32,000 bases of DNA from Wallemia ichthyophaga EXF-994 (lineage: Eukaryota > Fungi > Basidiomycota): assembly GCF_000400465.1 (NCBI RefSeq), contig NW_008806274.1:450244-482243 (forward strand), given 5' to 3'. The position numbers and the translations under genes are program-made. Shown here piece by piece: positions 1 through 10,639 of this stretch; position 1 is the first letter of the stretch; every line of letters begins with the position of its first letter. A model generated the notes under the pieces. It had not been told where the DNA came from and did not search any database. It saw only the letters and a list, made by a program, of their open reading frames with translations.

Positions 1-793
1 AGGTATATGATGCAAGACTTGCACCAAGTTGGCGGTATACCAGCTGTATTGAAGTATGTCTACGACAACACCACCCTTTTAGATGGAAATTGCTTGACAA
101 TCACTGGAAACACGCTCGCTGAGAATCTCTCTAACATTACTATAGATTATGACAAATTCCACACCGTTATCCATCCGTTATCGTCGCCCATCAAGGAAAC
201 TGGTCATATACGCATCCTTAACGGCACGCTGGCACCTGGAAACGCCGTAGCCAAGATCACCGGCAAAGAAGGGCTTCGATTTGAGGGTAAAGCCATGTGT
301 TTCGAGGTAGGTTCGACGGCTGGGCTTTCGTGCACTAGCTGACGCAGACTGATAGGAAGAAAACGATGTTCTGCGCGCTGTTTCCGAAAAGCGCATCCAG
401 CCAGGCACTGCCGTGATAGTTCGTTACCAGGGTCCGAAAGGCGCGCCAGGGATGCCTGAGATGTTGACACCGACTGGAGCAATATATGGTGCTGGTCTGA
501 GTCAGTCTACCTGCCTTATCACAGACGGTCGCTTCTCTGGCGCCTCCCATGGCTTCGTTATCGGTCACGTCGTTCCAGAGGCTTTCAACGGCGGTCCAAT
601 CGCACTCGTGCGCGATGGCGATCGCGTCGTTGTGGATGCCGTACATAACACAATTGATCTTTGTGTCGATGAAGACGAACTAGCCGCTAGAAAGAAATCA
701 TTCTCCCCTCCTCAGCTCAAATACACTTCGGGCGTTCTGTATAAATATGCAAAGACCGTGGCTGACGCTTCGCATGGGGCTTATACGGATTAA
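1..793 (+). CDS. ILV3: Dihydroxy-acid dehydratase, C-terminal part (5'-truncated by the window edge)
   Basis: Motifs MQDLHQVGG, VAKITGKEG, VRYQGPKGAPGMPEML, LITDGRFSGASHG and GHVVPEA are typical of IlvD/Ilv3. Intron 307-355 (GTAGGT...GATAG, 49 nt) joins ORFs 7..342 and 413..793 in frame. Stop TAA at 791-793. Confidence 0.97.
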
Positions 794-874
794 AAGGGAA
801 ATTAAATGTATTAATGGATATATTGATATTCAAATTTCGCTGTCTCAGCGCTGTTATCGCCTTATCTCCCAACA

Positions 875-1746
875 ATGATCAGCGACGACGCACATAGCAG
901 TCTCCAAGCGCGGCTGGAGGGGGAGATGGATGCGGTGATAGCGGAGCTGGAGCAAGGAAAGGAATTTGAGACATATATTAGAGCCCTTTCGCTGCTCACT
1001 GATGTTGAGCACCTGCGTAACAATTTCTCACTGGAAATCGACGGACTGCAGACGTTCAGGGAGTTTCTAAGCAGTACAGAGAAGAAGGTAGGATTCAAAT
1101 TTGTGCGCGTACGTTTTCGTCTGTATCTGATAATCTTCAGGCGTCGCAGTCAATCACATACCCGTCTCTGCCACCAACCGTAGACGCAGTGCTCGATGTG
1201 GACATCCAGCGGAAAGGGCAAATGGAGAAAGAGGCTGATTTTATACCCAAGGATTTGACCAAGAGAATGAGCCGAGTAGTCACAGAGGCGACACCAGCAG
1301 CATCTACATCGACATCAGCGCACATGCCAGCATCATCACCAGCACCGAATCCTCTACACAATCCTCCACACAAATCACACACGTATGACTACGAGAGAGA
1401 ACGCGCGCTTTTCGAATCGAAACGGCAAGACAAAGTGACGGACGACTCAACATCCTTGCGCACATCGCGTGCTGAGCAGGAAGATCTTTCTGAGGAGCTG
1501 ATAGCGATGACGCGACAGCTGAAGCAGAATGCTCTCGCTTTGTCACAAGGCTTGAGTAGCGATGTACCCCTTCTCGACCAAGCGGGTACACAACTGCAGG
1601 GGAATGCCGATCGCATGTCGACGCAGCGCCGGCAACTTAACGTGTTCTCAGGCAACAGCAGGGCAACTACCTGTCTCACTTTCACGTCTGTCATCGCCGT
1701 ATTCATCGCGTGGATTGTGCTTTTCATAGTTATAAAGCTGTCGTGA
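875..1746 (+). CDS. USE1: ER Qc-SNARE, Use1-like, with C-terminal transmembrane anchor
   Basis: Intron 1088-1140 (GTAGGA...TTCAG) joins the two ORFs in frame. The C-terminus QEDLSEELIAMTRQLKQNALALSQGLSSD...TTCLTFTSVIAVFIAWIVLFIVIKLS is a SNARE coiled coil plus tail anchor resembling Use1 (recognised from memory). Confidence 0.8.
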
Positions 1747-1842
1747 TAGAGATAAAGAATGAAAATTTTATTACTAACACGCATAAATACTTGATCCATT
1801 AATGCAACTATTGCAACTAATACTACCTATGAATAACCTCCT

Positions 1843-2905
1843 TTACTGTTTCTTCTGGCGATTGTTAGCTCTCTCGCTCAGGTCAACACCGACTAAAGTC
1901 TTCGATGCTTTCCAGAACTGGACAAAGTTGATGATCTGCTTGGTGAAGCAGATCGGGAAACTGACAATAGCGACAATGTGTGCGAGAGTCATACCAGCAA
2001 CATAGGCTGACACTCCGTCGAGCAACGCAGCTGAGATTTGTTCCTTGACGAGCGCAGGTACGACCGCGTGCACAATTTCAGGGCTGATCCCTAATGTTGG
2101 TAACTTGCTAGTGTATACGAGATAGAGCGCGACGAAGAAAATTTCATTACCCGCGCAGAAAATGAAAAGGGTGATCTGCAGCCAAACACGTCAGTATGAC
2201 GTCATCACTCGACGCATCCACCTACTCTATTATTGTAGTATAACCAGAGGATTTTGGAGACTTCCGACTGGATAAGCTTGTGCGACGTAGCGCCGGTGAC
2301 GAGCGACGCGTACATGTGTATGAAGTGCGACGAAAAGTCCAGGGCGATAAGGAACTGGAAGACGTTGAACCAGTCTGGGTAAGCGGACGAGAGGAAGACC
2401 ATTAGACAAGTCGTAGAGCATCTTCGGTGATGTTAGCGAGTACTAGGAACACGCTGGAAACGCGTTCGGCATCATACTAACCTGTCAGTGACCATGTCGA
2501 GCACACCGCCGAGCTTCGAAGTCTGGTTGAAAGCTCTCGCAGCCATTCCATCCGCTACATCTAGAATAGCGCTGATACAGTACAGTACTGCGCATACCTT
2601 GGGATGATTTTTCATGCAATAGACGGCTAACGCAGCAAAGACGATACGCAGGTATCCTTAGAGGGGAGGAAAGAATATAAGATTGAGCCAAGCTGTATAG
2701 CACCGCACCCACCAATCAGATTTGGCACGAACAGATAGATATTCTCCTCTTGTTCATTGGCCTGTGCATCGTGAGCAGTGCGCTTACACAACGCCCATAT
2801 CACAGCACTCACGAGATCAATGGCACCCTGCTGCGTGATTCTCTCGAAGATACTCCTCGTCTTTCCGCGTGCTGAGTTTTCTGGCAATTTGCTACTTGGT
2901 GGCAT
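1843..2905 (-). CDS. PIS1: CDP-diacylglycerol--inositol 3-phosphatidyltransferase (phosphatidylinositol synthase)
   Basis: Spliced product reads ENIYLFVPNLIGYLRI...LDVADGMAARAFNQTSKLGGVLDMVTDR (CDP-alcohol phosphotransferase motif), then LDFSSHFIHMY and FCAGNEIFF. Three GT-AG introns. ATG taken at 2905; stop at 1843. Confidence 0.95.
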
Positions 2906-2993
2906 CTCGTCAACGACCAACATCTGCTGGATTTCTGGATTTGGAACTAAATTATAAATATGGAATCAGATCGGAGCGTGCGTGTGGATTATC

Positions 2994-5299
2994 ATGGCTC
3001 TACACAAATCTTATCTGTTGCAGGCAGTATCTGTCACCCGTCGTAGAAACTCAGCTCAATCGACTTATCTTCCTTCGTTTGAATGGGATGTGAATGGCGG
3101 CTGCGATGGCAGATTGGCAGCCTTTCAGCAATCACGTCAAAGCTTGCATCACAGAGCGCGCGTGTGTATCGATAGTCTACGCTGATGTATCCCCACTCAT
3201 ATCCGCACAGCAAGTCATGGACACTCTTCTTGAGGGAGTGGCTGATAATGCGCTTTCCGTGTTGCAAAAATCTCCAGACGTCAATGAAGAAGATGCTATT
3301 CCTACGTGTGTGTTGGTTTGTGAGTCATATTGTGTCTTGATAAACGACGCAGTATCACTAATTACTAATGCACAGCTCACGAGCCATCCTCCAATATTGT
3401 TATTCTGAGGCGACTGGATCAACTCAATCAAAACACTCATTCGCTCCTCACTCTCGAACTCGGCTGGCAGGATTTTGGAAGCAATCCGACGCTGCAAAGC
3501 GGTGTGAAGAGCATCGTGCTAGGGCTGCTTTCCAAGTACGCAGATGACGATGCTCATGTGGGTTGAGTACTTGGCGTACAATCACAATCTTACAGTATAG
3601 TAGAAAAGGTATATCAAATCAGCATTGAACAGCACAGATTTCAACACAATACATAAATGGTATAAGGATTCGTATATTCAAGACAATCCACCCAAGCTGG
3701 TGCTCACTTTACGCGACTTTGAAGCCCTACCTCCACCGATGGTCCAAGATCTTGTCAGCTTATTGACTCATTATCGCAAGTATATACCCATCAACCTCGT
3801 ATTATGTATCGATTCCTCTCCAGCTGCTATTTACAGATTGCTTCCGCGGTACACGATCATCAAACTCGCTATGACGCAGGTCGCTGCACCGTCAGCTAAT
3901 ACCACCTTTGAAGCCATTATAGGAGAAGTCAGTGGCAATATAGAAAGTATATTTAGTCTCACACTCTCATTAGCTGTTCTTCTCAACAACCTATAACTCA
4001 CCCATCACATTAAGCAGTTCTGCGTTCGACGTCTTGTACGATACGTTTAACCACTCGCATAACTCTTTCGAACATCTACTACACACCCTTGATGTGAGTG
4101 GCTGGTAACATTACGTTATTACATACTAAATCACCACTCAGATGCAGCTGCTCGACCACTTTTTCCAGCCATACTCCATCTTTTTTGATACAGACGCAGT
4201 GTCGGTTGAGAGCATTAAAGATGACAGAGTATGGCGTTATCTGCTCTCTTTACCGTCGACAATAAGCTATTTGAAACAGGGCAGGGAAGCTGTAGATCGC
4301 AAGTTGTGCAATGAGTTGTTGGCCGAGAAGGTGAACAGCGAAGGGTTATTGAAGTCACTCCGAAGATTACGCAAGGTGTTTAAGCAGAGTGTTGATGAGG
4401 AGAACGACGCTTTCAGAGCATTACAGCATCTACGCTCCTTTATCCACTCGGTCGTACCTGATTCCAAAGACTTTCTCCCGAACGCCAAAGCGCAAATGCA
4501 GGCCAAGACGCATGGTGATCTTGCCAAAATTGTCGACAAAACACTACAAAGCGTCAGCTTAATGTCGAAAGCTCAGTTGTACGAGTGGCTCAGTGGATAT
4601 GCTGATACCAAGTCGTCAATGAAGTCAGATCAGCTAGCAACTAAACAGCTAATGTCATTCATGGATAAATTCACCGCACATGGCGAAATCAAGCTAAACA
4701 CCAACGAGCAAAGCACACGCGATCCAGACTTTGTTGAGTTTACTCAAACGTGTGCGGAAGAATGGACACAACATTTCATCGTTAATCTGGTCGAAGAGCG
4801 TCTAATACCGTTCGAGGAGATATGGCGGGTGGGAGTGAGCAGTGATCTTCAGATGCTGGTGAATCCATCACCCAGACATGCAATCTTGACGGCTTTGCGT
4901 TATCCTCAGAAGTTGTTGGGCCAGCACTACCCAGAGATATCATTGGATGAGGCTATGTCGAGCGATAACGCACCTGATACGTGCCTCGCGTTTAAGTGCT
5001 ACATTGAGGCTGCTAGGGTGTTTAATCTGAGCGACTGGTTTAGTGCATTCAAGAGCGTATTGGAGAGCGGGTCGGATCAGTCGAAAAAGTCGAAGAAGCG
5101 CAAGAAGGCTGGTGACGAAGACGAGGAGACTATTCAACTGCAAGCCAGGTTCACACAGGCAGTAAATGAGCTGGATAGTATGGGATTCGTTAAAAAGGCA
5201 AGTGCTAGGAATAGGAACATCGTAGCTAGGACGGTGTTTATGCATGTTGAGGGTGATGACGATGAGAAGGGTGTTGGTATGGAAACTATAGCAGAGTAG
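2994..5299 (+). CDS. ORC3: Origin recognition complex subunit 3
   Basis: Five introns (3162-3210, ~3320-3375, 3558-3603, ~3928-3973, ~4094-4141) give one frame. Contains LVLTLRDFEALPPPMVQDL, NPSPRHAILTAL, PDTCLAFKCYIEAARVFNLSDWFSAF and QARFTQAVNELDSMGFVK, characteristic of Orc3. Start codon less certain. Confidence 0.88.
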
Positions 5300-5538
5300 C
5301 AAGAAGGGCTGGCTATTAGGGAAATGATGTATGCATTTATTTATTATGACTGAAATTTTTCTTGTCTGTTCCTCGTGATTAAGAAAAAGCGATAAAAACA
5401 TTGGTTTTGTATAATCCAAGGTGCTCATATCCAATCACCGTCTCAATCTCATCAAATTTATCATCTCGCAGTTTTGAACCTTATCCCCGTCGTAGCTCGA
5501 GCTCGTCTCACGATTGCGATAACTTTGAGAATAGCGAA

Positions 5539-6457
5539 ATGAGTGAACCAGTCAAGCTTAGAATCACTTGTAAGTAGCGCGTCTATTGCAATTCTCAGCT
5601 AATCGGCACAGACAATGATATACACTCCGTGCGTAGAGATAGCGTAGCCAAAATATTCCGTTGCTGATAGGATGGCGCAGATGATCGGAGAAACAGCCGC
5701 AAAGATCAAGGATGACTTGTAGGTGATCATAGTGGGCTGGAACCAGCTAACGGGGAGCATCGCAGTGATCCTAATATCATGGTGAGATTGTGAGCACACG
5801 AGAGTCTACAAGACTGATTGTGGATATAGGTTGCTATCGGTGGCGGGTGAGATTCTTAAATTTGTCCAATTGGCCCGTATAACTAAAGATCCCCGAAGTG
5901 GCTTCTTCCCAGCTCGTGTTCTCCGCACTTTTCTAAAAATCCAGGGCTCAAAGAACAGTGAGTGGATTGCTGAGTGCTGAATCACATTCTTATTTTTCCC
6001 AACAGTCCCAATCCAAGCTATCGGCCTGTCACTCTACGAGGAACTTCCAAACACAACAGTCGAGCAAGTGGGCACTGAGGTTATTAGAACGCAGTGGCTT
6101 GATTTTTCCACTCTCGGTGAAAAGAGTTTAGTTGGAAAGAGAGTGCTCATCGTCGATGAGGTCGACGACACCAGAAAGACTCTCGGTTACGCTGTCAAGG
6201 AGCTCCAGAAGGATGTCGAAGAACAGTACAAACTTCTGCCTGCAGACTCGCCTCCTACGGAGTTCGCAATCTTCGTTGTGCACAACAAACTCAAGGAGAA
6301 AGCTAGCGAGATCCCAACTAACGTCAAGTACTTCCCTGGCGCTGAGATTGACGATCTCTGGGTTGACTATCCTTGGGAACAGCAGGATATCGTCGAGCAT
6401 ACGCGTCTCGCTGAAGAAGATAAGAAAAAGCACGTCGGTGACGTCAACCGCGAGTAA
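5539..6457 (+). CDS. XPT1: Xanthine/hypoxanthine-guanine phosphoribosyltransferase (yeast XPT1/HPT1 type)
   Basis: Exons 5539-5569, 5612-5628, 5681-5718, 5766-5781, 5830-5846, 5899-5957 and 6006-6457 splice in frame to MSEPVKLRITYNDIHSMIGETAAKIKDDFDPNIMVAIGGGGFFPARVLRTFLK...IQAIGLSLYE...VLIVDEVDDTRKTL (PRPP-binding motif)...YPWE. Confidence 0.93.
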
Positions 6458-6570
6458 ACCAGGCGAAGCTAGTTGAATGACATGTTATAGATTTGGATTT
6501 GTTAGATTTATTTGGATTCTTTTATCGACGTCGCGTGTTCGCTTTACCTGCCTTTCTTAGTTTTGTTCCT

Positions 6571-6598
6571 GAGCCCGCCGTAGAGCCCGCCGGAAAAT
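6571..6598 (+). promoter_or_regulatory. Candidate CGG-type (Zn2Cys6-like) upstream element of SNG1 copy 1
   Basis: GAGCCCGCCG directly repeated (6571-6580, 6583-6592), running into CGCCGGAAAAT. A related CGCCGGGAAAAT lies at 8748-8759, a similar distance before copy 2. Function is inferred. Confidence 0.3.
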
Positions 6599-6664
6599 AT
6601 CAAGTTATATTAAAGTCTGAGTTAGTCCTTGGAATATTATCTCAATAGCTTGCCCAGATTTCCA

Positions 6665-8283
6665 ATGAAACTGTATGCAATCACCACTCTAATCCCGTAT
6701 AAACCACTCACAATTTGCGCAGCATAGACAAGTCGCAATCACACTCAGAAGATGGCACTGGGGGCACTCAGGCAGAGCCACAGCAAATCCAGCCATACAG
6801 CCAAGGTTTCTGGTCTCCACTTTTGAAGCAGCAACGAGCCATGTACTTCAAAATCCTCGCCGCGTCAGTTTCACTAACTACGATCGCAATCTGGGGCTTC
6901 CTTACGGTTTACTGGGCAAGCATAGCACATGAGACGGGAAGACTCGTGCAAATCAATGCGGTATTTGTGAATCGTGATATCGCGAACGGTGTGAATGGCA
7001 CTCTCGGAAACACCGTGCGCGAGACAGTATTTCAATCTCTAAATCAAACGCATCATTTGGGATGGACGGAAGAACCTTCGTCTAAAGTGCCCACCAGAGC
7101 CTCCATAGAACAAGCACTAGTCGAGGATGAATGGGCGTGGGTTTTCCTTGTTGTGGGGGAAAACGCGACACAAAACCTGACAATAGCACGTGAGAATGGA
7201 ATTAGCACTTACAATCCAAGAGACGCTATTACAATATACTACAATCAGGCACGTAATGAACTGGCGTCAGGAAAGATATTGCCTATTGCTCAACAAATAG
7301 CCCAACAATCCAGCCAGCAAGCTAGTGTACAGACGCTTGAACAGTATCTCACACAGCAGAGCGGTAATGCTACTGCTATGGCTAATCTCGCAACTGCACC
7401 TCAAACTGCCGGGAATGCCTTCGGAATAACAACAGTCGATTTCAGACCATTCGACCAAGCAGTAGCTAGCGCTGTTGTTCTCGTTGGTCTTATCTACCTT
7501 ACTCTGCTGGCTTTTATACAGACAATGGCGTGAGTAGGGATTTTCACAATTTTTTAGTAGCTTACTTGCGCAGAAACTTTGGTGCTAGACCAATAATGGA
7601 AAAGTATCTCAAGCTCAGCTCCTACATTGGAATGAGGCGGGTTCTAGTTCCTTTCTGGATAATACCAAACTCACTCATTACAGAATTCTTGTTCCCCTTT
7701 GTCTCTATGTCGTAATTGCGTTACTGTTTACGATGCTCAACTTGCCATGGGATGTGCATTTTGATGCACACTTCAGTAATACTGCAAAGGGTTTCTTCTG
7801 CACGTATGCACTGTTCCTGGTTGGAATGTCAGCGCTTGGTAAGTGTTTTTTTTAGCTTAGCACGCAACGGAAATACTTAGAAAGCTATAGGACTTGCCAC
7901 TGAGGTTATTATTACAGTAGTCGGGCCCAAATTCATGCCTTATGCACTCGTTGCACTCATCATCGCTAATGTCTCGGTCGCAGCTGTTCCTCCAGACTTA
8001 CAGGTATGGTTTTTCAAATATTATCCCGCGATGTTAGTGCATTCTATCACTCTACTTTCTGCTTATAACGCCACACACTAGGGTCTACTATCACCTTAAT
8101 AGAGGTGTGCGATGCATCATATTCAACATCAAGAACGAGCTCGGTTTGAACTTTGGTGTCTGCTTGGCTTGGGTAGTCTTTAGCGTATGCACACTTTCAG
8201 GCTTCACTGCTCTATTTAGACATTTGGATATCAAGAAGGCGAAGAAGGAGGCCGAAGAACAACAGGGAGAACACAAGGCCTGA
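6665..8283 (+). CDS. SNG1: SNG1/DUF3533-family multi-pass membrane protein, copy 1
   Basis: 8-nt first exon (ATGAAACT). Introns 6673-6722, 7530-7573, 7637-7683 (GC-AG), 7839-7890 and 8033-8081 give an intact frame to TGA 8281-8283. N-terminal TM helix, large luminal loop (WVFLVV...YNP..AITIYYNQARNE) and several C-terminal TM helices as in Sng1-like proteins. Confidence 0.8.
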
Positions 8284-9424
8284 GGAAGCGCATTTTTAGT
8301 CTGCTCACAGATAAAATGACTCAAATTTCTATTCTTACATCGCTAAATTATACAAAATCCGAAGTTAGATTTTTCTTCAGTCTTATAGGCTACTTTGTTG
8401 GATATTATTGTACACTATTAAATATTTTTAATCACTTTCCTTCGCCAAAATAATCATTCTACAAACCGAACCAGATAAGAACATTGGTGACCTCAGCAGC
8501 GCATTAGCAAGCTGCCTGTCATGAATCTTTGCAGTCTTAGATTGGGTTGTATTTCTATTATGTATGAGTTTTTTAGTATGTACGTGATGTCTTAATTTTA
8601 CGCTATAATGCTTCTTGTACAGCTGCCCCAACTTGTGTGCCAGTAGGCTATGCCCTTAGCATGCAAAATAAAACAAGATATTCACACAATTTGATCTCTA
8701 GAAATTTAAATTTTTTTACCCGTCACTCGCTAATCACTCAGCGATATCGCCGGGAAAATCTCTCAAAAGGTCCGAATCGGGTCGACGAGACGAACGAGGT
8801 ATCATACCATCAATAATAAGATTGATTGAGTGAATGAGAATGTATGCGTAAAGCGCTATCTGTTGGGTATCTATCTAATGATTGCCACAGCAACGACGAC
8901 AACTCGCAACCTCATTCAGAACAGAGCAGCGAAACTATGCCTGCCCAGAAACAACCACAGCCATATACGAAAGGTTTCTGGTCACCCGACTTGAAGCCAC
9001 TGCGAGCCATATATTTCAAAGTACTCGCTTTTTCTGTATTGCTCACTATCATTACGATATGGAGCTGTCTGTCCGTCTATTGGGCAAGTGTAGCACATGA
9101 GACGGGAAGACTCGTGCAAATCAATGCGGTATTTGTGAATCGTGATATCGCGAACGGTGTGAATGGCACTCTCGGAAACACCGTGCGCGAAACGGTATTT
9201 CAATCTCTAAATCAAACGCATCATTTGGGATGGACGGAAGAACCTTCGTCTAAAGTGCCCACCAGAGCCTCCATAGAACAAGCACTAGTCGAGGATGAAT
9301 GGGCGTGGGTTTTCCTTGTTGTGGGGGAAAACGCGACACAAAACCTGACAATAGCACGTGAGAATGGAATTAGCACTTACAATCCAAGAGACGCTATTAC
9401 AATATACTATAATCAGGCACGTAA
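6923..9424 (+). repeat. Near-identical direct-repeat tract between the SNG1 paralogs (6923-7256 vs 9091-9424)
   Basis: 334 bp aligned by eye with 3 differences, all synonymous. A second tract, 8130-8264 vs 10308-10442, is identical over 135 bp. Confidence 0.95.
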
Positions 9425-10461
9425 CGAGCAGGCTTCAGGAAAGGTTTTACCGATGGCACAACAGCTAGCTCAGCAAGGCAGCCAACAAGCCAGCGCACAA
9501 ATGCTGGGTCAATATCTTACACAGCAGGGTAGTAATGCTACTGCTATGGCTAATCTCGCAGCTGCACCTCAAACTGCCTCCAATGCTTTCGGAATCAGCA
9601 CCGTCAATTTTAGACCGTTCAACCAGCCAGTGGCTAGCGCTGTTACTCTTGTCGGTCTCATTTACCTCACTATTTTGGCTTTTATACAGACAATGGCGTG
9701 AGTGTGGCTATTTTACTGATGTTTCAGTAGCTTACTCTGAACAGGCATTCCGCAGTGAGGCCACTATTGGAAAAGCACCTCACGCTAAGCTCTTACATTG
9801 GAATGAGGTGGGCTTTAGTTCTTAAGTAGACAACTACCAAACTCACATACTCCCTCCAAAGAATTCTCGTCCCCCTTTGTCTCTATGTCGTTATCTCACT
9901 ACTCTTTGCGATGTTAAACTTGCCTTGGGATTTGCATTGGGATGCGCACTTCAGCAATACTGCAAAAGGTTTCTTCTGCACGTATGCACTGTTCCTGGTT
10001 GGAATGTCAGCGCTGGGTAGGTGTTTTTAGCTTAGCGCATAACGGAAATACTCAAAAGCTATAGGACTTGCCACTGAGGCTATTATTACGGTCATTGGAC
10101 CTAAATTTATGGCGTATGCCCTCGTTGCGCTCATCATTTCAAACGTCTCCGTCGCAGCGATCCCTGTGGACTTGCAGGTGTGGTTTTTCAAATACTACCC
10201 GGCAATGTGGGTTATCTATCTTCAACTTTACTTACCTTAACCTTTCTCACAATATACAGGGTGTACTATCACATCAACAGAGGCATCCGCTGCATTATAT
10301 TCAATACCAAGAACGAGCTCGGTTTGAACTTTGGTGTCTGCTTGGCTTGGGTAGTCTTTAGCGTATGCACACTTTCAGGCTTCACTGCTCTATTTAGACA
10401 TTTGGATATCAAGAAGGCGAAGAAGGAGGCCGAAGAACAACAAGGAGAACACAAGGCATAA
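8834..10461 (+). CDS. SNG1: SNG1/DUF3533-family multi-pass membrane protein, copy 2 (tandem paralog)
   Basis: Same exon structure as copy 1: 8-nt first exon ATGAGAAT, intron 8842-8890, intron 9808-9861 with a GT donor. Intact frame ending GEHKA-TAA at 10461. Confidence 0.8.
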
Positions 10462-10639
10462 GGTTGTGCATATATATGTGCTCTATACAACTGTATATCG
10501 AAGAGGATCTTCTTTATCACTACCTTTCTAGCATCTATACACATTTTGGATTAGAAGTTTTACCGCTACCATGCTACTTTTTGTATATTTATAAATGTCT
10601 ATCTATATTAATAAATACTTTAATTTATTGCAAGTTACA

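Noticed and set aside
335-5434. Long antisense ORFs such as 335..646, 1389..1799, 3177..3497 and 4940..5434
   Set aside because: They shadow well-supported genes on the opposite strand and show no recognisable motifs.
7530-10260. Apparent premature stops and frameshifts in the SNG1 copies in the ORF track
   Set aside because: All are resolved by short introns (one GC-AG); both copies are intact.
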